64,000 nucleotides of DNA from the human T2T-CHM13v2.0 reference genome, Homo sapiens, in assembly GCA_009914755.4 (NCBI GenBank), contig CP068257.2, positions 43,520,001 to 43,584,000 of the forward strand, written 5' to 3'. The notes under the pieces are model-generated. The model was not told the DNA's origin. It saw nothing but the letters and a program-made list of their open reading frames with translations, and did not search any database. This document shows, piece after piece, positions 24,567 through 40,441 of the stretch (its first letter is position 1; every line of letters starts with the position of its first letter). The translations under genes and the position numbers were made by a program.

Positions 24567-25532
24567 AACGACCTTAGAAGAGGCCGATCACCTTCTGGGA
24601 ACACCTTACATCTTAGTGTGTATTTCACCTGAGACCACTTGCTCAGAGCCATAGTTTACATCTGAAGCCAGGACGCTGGAGCACTTGGCACTCCAGACAG
24701 CTGGTTCAGGGGGCTCCCGCTGGTTGAGTGGCCTTGGGCAGGTTACAAGGCCTCTGTGCCTCAGTTCCCTCATCTATACAGTGGAGACATTAGTAGCATG
24801 AGCCTCAGAGGACATCGTGGGAATGCAGTGAGGACAATTTACCTAACAGACCTGGTGCTTACCTGCCACATGGTGTGCACACCGTTGGTTCAGCTGCAGT
24901 GGATGCGAGTTTCCCGGCAGGTGACTTCCAGGGTCCTGGCATCACACCTCTGGTCAGTGGTTTATCTCACAAAGTTGAGACGGAGTGATCTGTCTGTGGG
25001 AGTTCACCACTGCTTGTGATTTCACTCCGAGTGTGGTTAATGGTGACAGTTTACTAATGAAAACATCACAAGTTAATTCTGTTTTCCTTCTTATTCCTCT
25101 GGGTGCCGTTAACCCCTCCTTCCTAATCTCTTCAGTACTTTGATATTTGATGTCAAGATTAATTACCAGACCAGTTAGTCCACCTTTCCATAGTGTTGCC
25201 CAGCTGTGTTCTAGTTGTGGGCATTCAAGAAAAGATGCTATTGCATACCAGAGGAAATGACTTCCTTGAGTTTAGTGTCTGGACACTAAGCAATGACGAT
25301 GGTTGGCTTTCCAGAAATGTCACAAAGTGAGTCCTCAATAGGAGGTTGTTTGCGTGTATACATTTGCCCACTTAAAAAATAGGTGGTAAGAATATGCATG
25401 AAGATGAGCTTGAAAAGTCTGTTGGCCCCTGAAAAGTTAAGTCACTGAGAATAAGAGTCAGACTTCAGGAGCACAGTTAGGCAAACATTACTGTGAATTA
25501 CAGAAAATAGTGTCTCTTTTTTTTTTTTTCAG

Positions 25533-25701
25533 GCACAGATGTTAAAGATGCCAAGGTGATAAGTGTTTCTACAGGAACAAAATGTATTAATGGTGAATAC
25601 ATGAGTGATCGTGGCCTTGCATTAAATGACTGCCATGCAGAAATAATATCTCGGAGATCCTTGCTCAGATTTCTTTATACACAACTTGAGCTTTACTTAA
25701 A
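25533..25701 (+). CDS. ADARB1: ADARB1 coding exon (169 nt) encoding (G)[55 protein letters not shown](N). It contains the catalytic CHAE motif (zinc-ligand His and catalytic Glu).
   Basis: Acceptor tttttttttttcag|gcacagatgtt; donor ttaaa|gtaagt. The codon walk matches ADAR2 without gaps. Confidence 0.93.
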
Positions 25702-26309
25702 GTAAGTTTAGTAAACAAATAAGGACAGGAAGCTCTTTTTAAAAAATATTCCTCTATTAGAAAACATTGCAAAACCTTTCATTGTTTCTGTAATCATGGA
25801 AAATCTCTCAAAATCATAACTTTAATTAGTAACAATAAGGCTGCATCCCATTCTTCCACAATGCTTAACACACATATGCACACATACATACAATAACATA
25901 ACATGGTCATAAATTTCAAGTCTGTGTTTAAGACCATGTGATTTTGTTGTATGCTGTATAAATAGAAGTTCCCAAACTGCCAGGTAAAGATGGTAATTTT
26001 TATTCTAGTCACCGTTTCTAGAAAGAGCTAGTCATGTATCCAAACTCCTTTTCTTTACAAAGCCATTTTTTGTATGTGGTCTTTCTGTTCTGAAGTCATA
26101 AATTGGAAGAAGGAAAGGTTACTCACATCCTGATGACATATCCATTATTGAGTGACAAGAACTGTATTAATTACCCTAAACATGTAAAATAAATATTCCA
26201 GTTCAAACTTATCTTTCCCTTGTGGAAAATACTAGCCTCTGAAAATGATAGACTAAAATTTAACTATATACAGCTTTAAATGTTACTTTTGCAACTTTTT
26301 TCCTTTCAG

Positions 26310-26458
26310 TAACAAAGATGATCAAAAAAGATCCATCTTTCAGAAATCAGAGCGAGGGGGGTTTAGGCTGAAGGAGAATGTCCAGTTTCATCTGTACATC
26401 AGCACCTCTCCCTGTGGAGATGCCAGAATCTTCTCACCACATGAGCCAATCCTGGAAG
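26310..26458 (+). CDS. ADARB1: ADARB1 coding exon (149 nt) encoding (N)[49 protein letters not shown]. It contains the zinc-ligand Cys in SPCGD.
   Basis: Acceptor ttttttcctttcag|taacaaagatgatc; donor ctggaag|gtatga. Phase 2 in, phase 1 out. Confidence 0.93.
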
Positions 26459-27314
26459 GTATGAGACGAGATTCTTCAACAAGCCAGTTTCTCAAGAAAA
26501 TGTTAACAGATAAAAACTAACCTGTGTTAATATCCCTTTTCCTTTTTTTCTTTTTATTTTTAGACTTGGATGTGGATCTGATAAGAGTCTCTATAAAAGC
26601 ATGGATTTTTTTCTTTCCAATTAACTTAATTAGAAAACTTTAATGAATGAAAAATGCTGATTGTAATTAACCAAGTAATTAGAATGGAGTGAGAATATTG
26701 GATTAAAATTGTATCAGTATTTAAATTTGGGTAATAAATATCTCTAAATCAGAGGTGTATGTGATCCTCCATATTTCTGAGGAATTCTAATTTGCTAAAT
26801 GTGTAATTAAAGTATTTATTTGCCTGATATTTCAGAAGCAGATAAACACTAGTGAAAAGTGAAACCACTATTGTGATCATATTTTTTTCCATCCTTCTTT
26901 ACATTTGAGGTTAGCACTTTTGTTTTTTAGTGTTTTGTATCTACATCCCTTCTCCCAAGCCCTTAGGCATTGTTTATTCCAAATAGAACGTTTTATTACA
27001 TTACTTTCCTTGTTTATAAAAGCAACAGGCATACTCACTGTGGAAAATTGCTAACTATTTTTAAAATATAAGAACATTAAAATCATCCGTATTCCTGTAA
27101 CCCAGAAATACTCACTATGGATGTTTTACCATACTTTCCATGGGTTTATTTCTGCATCTGTCTAGATTTATTTTGGAAATTTTAAAAATATAGAGGAAAA
27201 TAACATGGCAAACACCCAAGTATCCATCACCCAGAATTAGCAAATGTTAGCATTTTGTCCTATTTGCTTCAGTGCATTTTTAATGATAGAAATAAATCAT
27301 TTCAGTTAAAGTGA

Positions 27315-27779
<465 letters not shown>

Positions 27780-27869
27780 TAAATTTATAAGCTATTGTTA
27801 GATGTGCTTTTCAATAAATCAAATAGATGGTTTACTACCTGTGGGGTTTTAACTCTTTTTCTCTCTTAG

Positions 27870-28038
27870 AACCAGCAGATAGACACCCAAATCGTAAAGC
27901 AAGAGGACAGCTACGGACCAAAATAGAGTCTGGTGAGGGGACGATTCCAGTGCGCTCCAATGCGAGCATCCAAACGTGGGACGGGGTGCTGCAAGGGGAG
28001 CGGCTGCTCACCATGTCCTGCAGTGACAAGATTGCACG
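27870..28038 (+). CDS. ADARB1: ADARB1 coding exon (169 nt) encoding (E)[55 protein letters not shown](R). It contains E488 (the ESGEG loop) and the zinc-ligand Cys in SCSDK.
   Basis: Acceptor ctctcttag|aaccagcagat; donor gcacg|gtaagg. The codon walk matches ADAR2. Confidence 0.93.
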
Positions 28039-31030
28039 GTAAGGGGCGGGGGCTCCCTGTGGCCACCTCCCTGCACACAGGATTCATCCATACTGTTTGC
28101 CAACCTCCCTTTTCCACAACCATTTGAATTTTGGCCCCATTTCCCACTCAGGTGTTCCACAGTATTCTTTGAAGGACTGAGGTTCTAAACAGGTGCTGCT
28201 GGGACCCCCGTGAGGGGCAGCAGCAGGACCTAGACACAGGAGGCTCCACGCTTCTAACATTCCTATCCAAGCGTCTCAGAGTTTACCACTTATTTTTAAC
28301 GTGGGCTTCTGGGTTAAACTGATGTTTTTAATGGGCTACAGGCCATGACATCTTAAAACTACTGGCTTCTCCTCATTAGTAGTAGATGCAACTTCAGTGG
28401 TCACTTTCATCATTCAGTTAACATTTTAGGTAGTTGATATGTGCATTTTAAAAGTAATGCAAACCCTGTCACAGGCATTGTGTTCTAAGCACAGAGAGCA
28501 TCCCCAGCCATTCTGTGCCTGGGTGTGGGTTAGGCTTAGAGGAGGGCTCTGCAAGCACACTTCTGTAGTCAGCAGGCACCTGGGAGATATTCATCTTTCA
28601 GAGGCCTGTATCCAGAGCAGATTATAGAAAACCCATTTCTTCAGATGGTATCAGTTCCAGTAGTTCTTTGTTTTCATTTTTAAACTAATGTTTATTTGGA
28701 AAAAAAAAGTAACATAAGCAGATGGTAAAAAGCATACAATGATAAAGTTTAAAACCTCCCTCTTCAGAGCCCTCCTGTGGCACCCACAGTGAGTGGGTTT
28801 TGACTGTCCATCCAGAAGCTGTCAAAATTGATGCATACGCATGTGCACGTGCACATCTTTTCATTGTTTGCGTGCCCTTTATGTTGATTTCCTTCAGTGG
28901 GTCTTGTCAGGCAACCTCAAGTACAGGGAGCTGGATTAATCACACATTTTGGGCCATTGCCCACAGCCCAGGTGACCACTGTGATGTGTTTATTTATTAT
29001 TTGTCCTTCCAGTCCACCTCCACACGTGCATATGTCAACTTTGTGTGTGTGTGATGTGGGGGAGGGGGGTGTACTCTTGAAAAATACACAATAGAATTAT
29101 TTGGAGTATTTGTTGCTAATTTACAGAAATGATACTATGCTGTAAATCCTATCTGATTCTTACATTTTCATTCAACCTATATTTTTGGAGCTATTTCTGT
29201 TGCTCTAACCAACAGCCAGTTCACTACTGACTTTTGCAAATCTTCCTTCATAGTCATGGGCCATTTCCTTCATGATGGGACACCCATATTTCTTCTAACT
29301 CCCTTATACATGTAGTCCTGTATATCCTTCAACTTATGCAAACTCCATCACAATATTATAGACTTTGCTAGAGTTTCTTGGGGCATATATTCAGGAGTTA
29401 TGCACATATATAACTTCACAGAATAATATCAGATTGCATCCCAGGGCAGTCACACTAGTTGACACTTACACCAATAGTGCATTAAGTTAGCTTCTCCCAC
29501 ATTCTGTAAACTGATATCTTCATAGTTTCAATTTTTATTTCTCTTTATCACTAGGAATGTTGGGCATCTCTTCAATTACATATTAACTGTTCATCTTACA
29601 CCTTCTTTGAGTTGTCTGTTAATATCATTTGTTCATTTGTCTTTTGAATCTCATGCCTTTTTCCTCTTGATTTTCAGAGTTCCTTTTACAGTTGATATTG
29701 TAATCCTTAGCCCTTTGAGAAGATGCAGTGTCTTTTGCAAGTCCTTTCCCCTTTGAGTAGTCTTGCACTCTGTTGAAGATGATTTGAACATATACACAAG
29801 GGTTTATTACTGTGCTGTCTGTTCTATTCCATATGTCTATTCTTTATGCCAGTGTCATGCTGTTTTGATTACTGTAGCTTTGTAATATGTTTTGAAATGA
29901 GGAAGTTTGAATCCTCCAACTTTATTCTTCTTTTTTCAAAATCCTTTTGGCTATCCAGGGTCTCCTGATATTTCATAAAGATTTTTGGATGAAGTTTTTC
30001 AAAAAATGCCATCGTTATTTTGATAGGGATTATGTTGACTCTATAGATTGCTTTGGTTAATATGGACATCTTAACAATATTAAGTCTTCTAACTCATGAA
30101 CATGCGATATATTTCCATTTATTTGTATCTTCATTTCTTTCAGCAGTGTTTTATAATTTTTATTTTACAAGCCATTCACCCCCTTGGTTAGGCTTATTAC
30201 TAAGTAATTTATTCTTTTTTGTGCTATTGAAAATTGTTTTCTTAATTCCCTTTTCAGATCATTCATTGTTAGTGCATGGAAATGCAACTGATTTTTGTGT
30301 GTTGATTTTGTATCCTATGATTTTGCTGAATGTGTTTATTATTTAAACAGTTTTATGGAATCTTTAGGGTTTTCTACATATAAAATTATGTCATCTGCAA
30401 ACAGATATAATTTTACTTCTTCCTTTCCATTTTGGATGCCCTTTATTTCTTTTTCATGCCTACTTACTGTGGCTAGAACTTCTAATACTGTGTTAAATAG
30501 AAGTGGCAAAAGTGGACATCCTTGCATTGTACCTGATCTTAGAGGAACAGTTTTCAGTCTTTCACCGTTGAGTACAGTATTAACTGTGGTCTTTTCATAA
30601 ATGTCCTTTATTACGTTGAGTTAGTTTTTTTTCTATTCCTAGTTTGTTGAATGTATTTATTATTATTAAGAAAGGGTGTTAAATCTTGTCAGATGCTTTT
30701 TCTGCATCAATTGAGATGATCATGTGGCTTTTGCCCTTCATTCTGTTAATGTAATGTATTAATTGATTTTCATATGTTGAACCATCCTTGCATTCCAGGA
30801 GTATCATAATGTATAATCCTTTTAATATGCTATTGAATTTGGTTTGTTGAGAATTTTTGCATCAGTAGTCATCAGAGATACTGGTTTGTAGCTTTTTTTA
30901 CCCTTCTTCATGTCTTTGGCTTTGATATCAGGGTACTGCTGGCATCATAGAGTGAGCTTGGAAATGTTCTCTTTAGTTTTTTTGGGAGTCTCAGGAGGAT
31001 TGGTGGTAATTATTCTTAAATGTTTGGTAG

Positions 31031-31387
<357 letters not shown>

Positions 31388-31760
31388 TGACCCAATATTC
31401 TTATCCATTAATAGTTTGAATGAATTGTTTTTCATATTCATTATTCCTGCTATCATTTGGTTACCATCTGCATGGAATATATTTTTCCATCCTTTCACTT
31501 TTGGCCTATGTATCCTTAGATCCAAAATTAGTCTCTTATAGACAGTACATAGTTGAATTTTTTTTTTTTTAATCCATTTACCCAATCTGTATCTTTTGAT
31601 TGGGGAGTTTATTCATTGACATTTAAAGTAATCACTGACAGGGAAGACTTACTGTTGCCATTTTGCTGTTTTCTATATGCTTGTAGCTTTTTGCTTGTTT
31701 TTCCCTTATTCTCTTACTGCCTTCCTTTGTGTTTCTTTCATTATTTTTTCTAATGATAGG

Positions 31761-32123
31761 TGTATTAGTCCATTTCCATTTTCATTGCTGATAAAGACAT
31801 ACCTGAGACTGGGCAATTTACAAAAGAAAGAGGTTTAATGGACTAACAGTTCCACCTGGCTGGGGAGGCCTCACAATCATGGCAGAATGTGAAAGGCACA
31901 ATTCACATGGCAGCAGACAAAAGAGAGCTAGCTTGTGCAGGGAAACTCCCCTTTATAAAATCATCACATCTCATGATACTTATTCACTATCACAAGAGTA
32001 GCATGGTAAAGACCTGCCCCTATGATTCGATTACCTCCCACTGGGTCCCTCCGACAATACATGGGAATTGTGGGAGCTACAATTCAAGATGGGATTTTGG
32101 TGGGGACATAGCTAAACCATATC
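31761..32123 (-). mobile_element. THE1/MST-family (MaLR) solo LTR, antisense, inserted into the antisense L1.
   Basis: tgtattagtccatttccattttcattgctgataaagacatacctgagactgggcaatttacaaaagaaagaggtttaatggactaacagttccacctggctggggaggcctcacaatcatggcag...ctcccactgggtccctccgacaatacatgggaattgtgggagctacaattcaagatgggattttggtggggacatagctaaaccatatc. Confidence 0.8.
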
Positions 32124-34793
32124 TATAGGATTCTCATTTCTTTTTTTTTTTCCTTTTGTCTCCGTGGGGTACAAAATCTCATTTCTTTTTGTGTATATTC
32201 TACAGGTATTTTCTTTGTGGTTACCATTGCAATTACATAAGACATCTTTAAATTATAGCATTCTATTTTAACTTAAACTTCAATTACGTAGTAAAACTTT
32301 ACTTCTTTACTTCCACCCCTTCACACTTTGTTATTGAAGTCACAAATTACATCTTTATATACTGTATATCCATTAATATACATTGTAGTTGTAATGTTTT
32401 TGTCATTTAAATTTTATGCACCAAAATTACAATAGTATTGGTTACTGTATTTGTCCATGTGCCTCCCTTTACAGGAGAACCTTATTTTTCCATACAGCTT
32501 AATGTTGCTATTTACTGTCTTTCTATTTCAACTTGAAGGACTCACTTTAGCATTTCTTGTAAAGCAGGCTAGTGGTAATGTACTCCCTCTACTTTTGTTT
32601 ATCTGGAAAAGTCTTAATTTCTTCTTCATTTTTGAAGGACAGTTTTGCCAGATCAAATATGCTTGGTTGACAGGGTTGTTTTTTTTTTTTTTTCTTTCAG
32701 CACTTAAAATATATCATTCCACTCCTTTCTGGCTTGCAAGGTTTCTGCTGAGAAAGCCACAGGTCTTATGAATCCTCCCTTGTATATGACAAATGGCTTT
32801 TCACTTGATGCTTTTAAGATTCTCTGTCTTCACTTTAGACAGTTTGATTAAAATGTGTCTTAGTGTGGTTCTCCTTGGATTTATCTGTATTTCATTTCTT
32901 TGAGCTTGAACTTGTATGGTCCATTTTTTTCCACAGATTTGGGAAACTGTTAGCAATTATTTCTTCAAATAAGCTCTTAGCCCCTTTCTCTCCCTCTTCT
33001 CCTTCTGGTATTCCTAGAATACTTGTATAAGTCTGCTTGATAGTGTTCCGTAAGTCCCTTAGTCTCGCTTCACTTTTCTTCATTCTTTTTTCTTTTTGCT
33101 CCTCTGACTCAGTGATTTCAAAAAAAGACAGTGACCTGTCTTCTTTTTTCCACCTCATCAAGTCTTCTGTTGCATGCCTTTAATGATATTTTCAGTTCAG
33201 TTATTGTATTTTTCAGCTCCAGAATGTTTGGCTCATTTTTATACTAATATCTCTTTGTTGATATGCTCATTTTGTTCTTGCTAAGTTTTTCTTATTTTGT
33301 TTAGTTGTCTATGTTCTCTTCTAGCTCATTAGGCATCTTTATGACAGATATTTTAAATTCTTTTTTAGACAGCTGATAGATGTGCATTTCTTTAGGGTCA
33401 GTTTCTGGAAATTTACTTTTGGTCCTTTGGTTGGGCTATGTTTTCCTGTTTCTTGTATGCCTTGTTTATTTGTGTGCTTTGCTAATATTTGGGCATTTGA
33501 AAAAAGAACCATCTCTCCCAGTCTTTGTGTACTGGCTGTGTACAGAGAAAGTTCTTCACTAACAAGCTGGCTAAAAAATCTAGGACCTCTTATGCTTTTT
33601 CTGATTTCCTGCTTCTCCTGGTGTCTTCCTGGAAAACTGTAGCTCTAATGTGCTGCTTGCCTCTGTTTTTAGTGGCTCCCAAACTCTGGCACCAGTCTCA
33701 TCACCGAGTCTGATGAGACTCAGGCAAGACAGAAACCAGCCCTTTGGGCAGACTCCAGACAGCCAGAACATCAGACTAATGATCCACTCTTTTGTTTCCA
33801 TCCCAAGAGAAGAGCCCCAGTATGGAGGCTTCCTCCCACTTAGGGGGCACCTTGCTATTTAGGGAAAGGGGAACAAACAGGCATGCCAAACATCGTGAAA
33901 TTTCCTATCCCTTTCATTGGAATCTCTTCCTAGTTTTACAATGGACTGGATACTGTAGCTTCTCAGTTGGTCTCCAGAGTTCTCACAGAGCCATTCTGGT
34001 CTGTATATTGTTGTTAACTCAGGGTCTCTATGGGGGAAAGAGGGCCTGTAGCTTCCTAGACTGCCATCTTGTTGAAGTCGTAGTCCAAACACCATTGATT
34101 TTTTAATGTTAACCTTATGGCCAGCAACTTAACTCACTTCTTATTCTATTTATACTTTCCTGGTTGTTCTTGAATGTACCAAGTCACAGTCTGTAGATAT
34201 TGACTGTTCTATATCTTCTTTTGTTATACCAGTGTTATTTTTCTTTATTCCTGCTGTCCAGGACCTTGGATGATATGTTACAGCACTGTCCATGTTTTCT
34301 TCCTGAATCTGAGAGAGATTGTGACTGAAGTTTCTCCATGATGTACAGTTTTTCCTACAGGGTTTTAGTAGGTAGCTTCATCATGCTAGGAAAATTCTGT
34401 TCTATTCCTATTGTCTTAGAGCCTTTTTATTATCATATATTGGTGTTACTTTATCAAATGTTTTATGTGTGTCTATTTTTAATAATGGTAAATAATTAAT
34501 AGATTTCCTGATGTTGACCACCTTTTTGCAATTTTGACATAAACCTTACTTTATTATAGTCACTCATTGTTTTAACATACTGTTTGATTTGGATGACTAA
34601 TATTTTACTTAGGATTTTTGTTTATAAGTTAAATAGGCCTATACTTTTTCTAAACTTTTTAATTGTTCTTATCTGATTTTGGAATCCAGGTTAATATAGC
34701 CTCATAAAGTGTGTTTGTCTTCTTGTTCTACTTTCTGAAGTCTCTTCTGTGAGACAGCAGTGTATAGAACCCAAGAGTGAAAACATCCAGTCC

Positions 34794-34836
<43 letters not shown>
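34794..34836. repeat. (TA)13 followed by a T16 homopolymer at the boundary of the antisense L1.
   Basis: tatatatatatatatatatatatata then tttttttttttttttt. Confidence 0.85.
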
Positions 34837-37079
34837 GTAGTTATCTTCATGGTCATCCTCATCATTTTGGCAGGAGACCAGTCTAGTTGTAATTTCAGGT
34901 CCTTTTCTGGTTACTAGTTTCTTAAATTTTTGTTTCTTCTAGAACAAATTTTTAGCCTTCATATTATTCTAGAAATTTATCTAGAATTTGAAGGTTTGAG
35001 GCTTCTTTGAAATAAGCCAGTCGATTGTGGCATTCAGGCAGAGAAGGTGGATCTATAATTAGAGAATAGAGTAGTGGTAGTAAGAGAATGAGAGCTAAAA
35101 AAGAGTCAGCTAATGCAGTCAGAAAGAAGAATGCTAGAATTTTACTATAGTAGAGCTACAATAATTTCTGTGGTTATGGTTTCAAAGAGAAGGTATGGGA
35201 AGGAGTAACCAAATAAGGTGGACATTTGAAAATTATGATGTATTGTATTTTACAAAGATAGCCCCACCCCAATGCCTCTCATCTAAAATCCTCTCCAACA
35301 ATGTGACCTTGCCACTGTACCATTAAGAGGTGACGTCTCTGTCCCATGCCCCTGAATCTGAGCCTGTCATGTGGCTGCTTTGAATAAGAGAATGTGGTGG
35401 AAGTAATGCAGTGCTAGTTCTGGCATAGCCTTAATTGGCCTGACAACTTCCATTTCTTGCCTCTTGGTGGCAGCCACCATGTGAGAGTTGTGACTACCTT
35501 GAGACCACCGGGCTATAAGAAGCTGCCCCTCCGTGTAGAGAGGCCCTGGAAGATGAGATGCCACTTGAAGACAGAGAGAGGGCAAGGAACAGTGAAGCAC
35601 CAAATGTGTAAGAAAAGAGTTCACCTGGAAAATGGAAGAGAGAAGACAAAATTACCAATATCGGAATGGGAGAGGTGAAATTACCACAGATGCTACAGAT
35701 ACTAAAAGGATTGTGAAGAGAAATTATAAACAAGGCTATGCCAATTGACAATTTAGATGAAATGGACATATTTCCTGAAAGACACATACTACCAAAGCTC
35801 ACTTAAGAAGAAGTAGATAACTTGGGCTATCTATATGTATTAGAGAAAATGAATTTGTAATTTAAAGCCTTTCCCACCAAAAATGACAACAAAAGAAAAA
35901 CCCCAAGCTCAGATGGCTTCACTATTGAATTCCAAACATTTAAGGAAGAAATACCCATTTTGCACAAAATATTCCAAAATTGAAGTGAAAGAGATACTTC
36001 CCAACTCATTCTGTGAGGCCAGCATTTCCCTGGTTCCAAAACCAGATGAAGACACCACAAGAAAATAAAACTACATGTTAAAATGTGTCATGAACATAGA
36101 TCCAAAAGTTCTAGCAAAACTTTAGCAAACCAAATACAGCATCATGACCAAGTAGGGGCTATCCCAGGAATTCCAAGCTAAATGAAACATTTGAAAAATC
36201 AATATAATTCACCATATTAACAAACTAAAAAAGACACAGAAAAGGCATTTTGCAAAATCCAACATGTGTTCCTCATAAAAACTCATAGCAAAATAGAAAT
36301 AGAAGGAAACCTTCTCAACCTGATAAAGGAAATCTATGAAAAATCTACAGGTAATGTCATTCTTAACAGGGAAGGACTGAATGTGTTTGCCTAAGATCAG
36401 GAACAAAACAAGATTGTCTGTCTCCCCACTTCTGTTCAACATTGTATTGGAAGTTCTAGCCAGTGCTATAAGGTCCTAAGAAATCAGTGGTATCCATATT
36501 GAAAAGGAAAAAGTAAAACTGTCTTTATTTGCAGACATACTTATCTATGTAGGAAATGAGATGGATATTATACAAAACTATGAGAATGAATGAATGATTT
36601 TAGCATTGTGGCAAAATATAAGATCCAAAATGTAAAATACAAAATCAGTTATATTTTTTACACCTGCAACAAGCAGTTGAAATTGAAATGTGTAAAGCAA
36701 TACACTGAAAGCTGTATATTGAAAACTGTAACACATTGCCTAGAGAAATTAAAGAACTAAATAAATGGAGAGATACATCATGGTCACTGGTTGGAAAACT
36801 CATTATTGTCAAGATACCAGTTTTCACCAGATTGATCTATAGACTCAATGCAATCCTAATCAAAATCTCAACAGGATTTTTTGGAGAAATTGACAAACTG
36901 ATTCCAAAATCCATATGGAAATGCAAAGGACATAGAATAGGTAAAACAACTTTCAAAAGGAAGAACAAAGTAAAAGGCTAATACTACCTGATTTCAAGAT
37001 AGTAATTAAGAAAGTATGATTTTGGCATAAAGATAAGTATACAAACAAGTGATTCCTTATTATTTAGAGTGGTTTTAGG

Positions 37080-39125
37080 TTTATAGGAAAATTGAGTGGT
37101 AGATACAGAATTTCCCATATACCCAGTGCCCTCACGTATGCACAGCCTCCCCATCATCAGCATCTCCCACTCTAGTGCTATATTCATTACAATCGAAGAC
37201 ACATCATCATCACCCAAAGCCCACAGTTTACAATGGCGCTCACTCTTGATGCTGCACATTGTCTGGCTTTGGACAAATGTATAATGACCTGTATCCACCA
37301 TCACAGTGTGAGACCAGAGTAGTTTCACTGCCCTAAAAATCCTCTGTACTCTGCCTGTTCACCCCCTCTCACCTCCTAACCTCTACTCTGCCTGTTCACC
37401 CCTCTCACCTCTTAACCTCTGTATTCTGCCTGTTCACCCCTCTCACCTCCTAACCTCTGTACTCTGCCTGTTCACCCCTCTCACCTCCTAACCTCTGTAC
37501 TCTGCCTGTTCACCCCTCTCACCTCCTAACCTCTGGCAACAGCTAATCTTCTTAATGTCTTTGTAGTTTTGCCTTTTCCAGAATGTGATCTAGTTGGAAT
37601 CATACAGTATGTAGCCTTTTCAGATTGGCTTTTTACACATAGTAATTTACATTCAAGATTCTTTGATGCCTTTTCATGGCTTGATAGCTCATTTTTTTTA
37701 AGTGCTAAATAATAGTTTGGATGTGCCACAGTTTATTCATTCACTTCCTGAAGGTTCATTGCTTCCACGCTTTGGCAATTACAAATAAAGCAGCTATAAA
37801 TATCTGTGTGCAGGTTTTTTTGTGGACATGAGTTTTCAAGTCCTTTGGGTAAGTACCAAGGAGCACGAATGCTGGGTAGTATGGTGAGGATATGTTGAGT
37901 TTTGTCAGAAACTGCCAAACTGTCCTTCAAAGTGGCTGCACTGTTTTGCATTCCCACCAACAATGAATGTTGTCCCACATTGTCACCAGTATTCAGTGTT
38001 GTCAGCAGTTCTGGTTTTGGGCCATTCTAATACACATGTAGTAGTATCTCGTTTTAATTTGCAGATTCCTAATGACATATGATGTGGAGCATCTTTTCAT
38101 GTGTTTATTTGCCATCTGTATATCTTCTTGAATGACGTGTCTGTTAAATTTTTTTGGCCAATTTTTAATCAGGTTGTTCATTTTCTTATTGTTGAGTTTA
38201 GAGAGTTTTTTGTATATTTGGAAGAGTTCTTCATAGATTTATCAGATATGTCTTTTGCAAATATTTTCTCCTAGTCTGTGGCTTGTCTTTTCACTCCCTT
38301 GTCTTTCACAGAGTAGAACTTTTTAATTTTAATAAAGTCCAGCAAATCAGTTATTTCTGTCATAGATTGTGCCTTTGATGTTACATCTGAAAAGTCATCA
38401 CCAAACCCAAGATCATCTAGATTTTCTTCTGTGTTATCTTCTAGGAATTTTATAGTTTTGCATTTTACATTTAGGTTGTGACCTACTTTGAGTTAATTTT
38501 TGTGAAGGGTGTAAAACCTATGCCTAGATTCTTTTTTTTTTTTTCTGCATGTTTATGTCCATTGGTTCTAGCACTGTTTGTAGAAAATACTACCTTTTGT
38601 CCATTTCATTGTCTTTGCTCTTTTGTCAAAGATCAGTTGACTGTATTTATGTAGGTCTGTTTCTAGACTTTTTATTCTGTCCCATTGATCTATTTGTGTA
38701 TTCTTTCACCAATACCATGCTGTCCTGATTACTCTAGTATAGTAAGTCTTTAAGTCAGGTAATGTTAGTATTACAGCTTCATTATATTCCTTCAATACTG
38801 TGTTTGCTCTTCTGGATTTCCCTTTTTATATCAGCCTTAGGAACAGTTCATCAATATCTACAAAATAACTTGTTGAAATATTGATTGGGATTGTGTTGAA
38901 TCTCTATGTCAAGTTGGACAGAACCAACGCTGAGTCTTCCTAGCCATAAATATGGAATATCCATTTATTTAGTTCTTTGATTTCTTTCTTTGGAATTTTA
39001 TAGTTTTACTTATACAGATCTTGTACATACTTTGTCAAATTTATACCTAAATATTTCAGTTTTGGGGGTGTTAGTGTAAATGATGTTGTGTTTTTAATTT
39101 CCAATTCTGCTGTTCATTGCTGGTC
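37080..39125 (-). mobile_element. LINE-1 3' fragment (antisense) nested inside the sense L1. Its 3' UTR region contains a 38-bp minisatellite.
   Basis: Antisense L1 3' UTR and ORF2 motifs: ...ctgtatccaccatcacagtg...gtttcactgccctaaaaatcctctgt...ttggaatcatacagtatgtagccttttcagattggc...ccaaactgtccttcaaagtggctgcactgttttgcattcccaccaacaatgaatg...tgtggcttgtcttttcac... Confidence 0.7.
37335..37535. repeat. Minisatellite: about 5 tandem copies of a 38-bp unit (ctctgtactctgcctgttcacccctctcacctcctaac), expanded from L1 3' UTR sequence.
   Basis: The motif ctgcctgttcacc recurs at 37351, 37388, 37426, 37464 and 37502 (period 37-38). Confidence 0.85.
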
Positions 39126-39837
39126 ACAGTTAATTTTTGACCAAGGCACAAAGGCAATTCAGTGGAGAAAGAATAGTCTTTTCAACAGTGATGCTGAAAT
39201 AAGTGGATATCCCTGTGCAGAAAAAAAAAAAGCAAAAAAAATCAAGCAACCAAACAAATGGACTTCACTTATATTTTGCACCTTATACAAAATGAATTTG
39301 TAATGGGCCATAGACCTAAATGCATAAAAATTCTGGAAACAGGAGATAATGTTTGTGACATTGAGTTAGGCAAGTTTTTAGCTACACTAAAAAAGACTTT
39401 CCATAAAAGGAAAAAAACTGTCAAAGTTTAAAAATTACTTCTTTCAAAAGGCACTGTTTAAACAGTGAGAAATAAACTGACAAACAGGGAGAAAATGTTT
39501 GCAAATCATATATCTAATAAACGATTGGTATCCACAATCCACTGTTACTCTCAAAACGCAACAAGGGGAAAATAGTTTTTAAAATGGGCAAAATGTTTGA
39601 ATGGACACTTCACCAAAAAAAGATACACAAATGTGAAATAAGCACATGAAAAGCTGGTCAACACCATTAGTCACTGATGAAATGCAAAGGAGATGCCACA
39701 ACACATCTCTTGGAGTGGCTGAAATTAAAAAGACTGGCCAAACCAAATGTTGACAGTGATATGGAGGAACTGGTACTGTCATCCACTGTGGCTAGGTATG
39801 TAAATAGAACAATCACTTTTAAAGACAGTTTGACACA

Positions 39838-40133
<296 letters not shown>

Positions 40134-40143
40134 TTACAGATAT

Positions 40144-40441
<298 letters not shown>

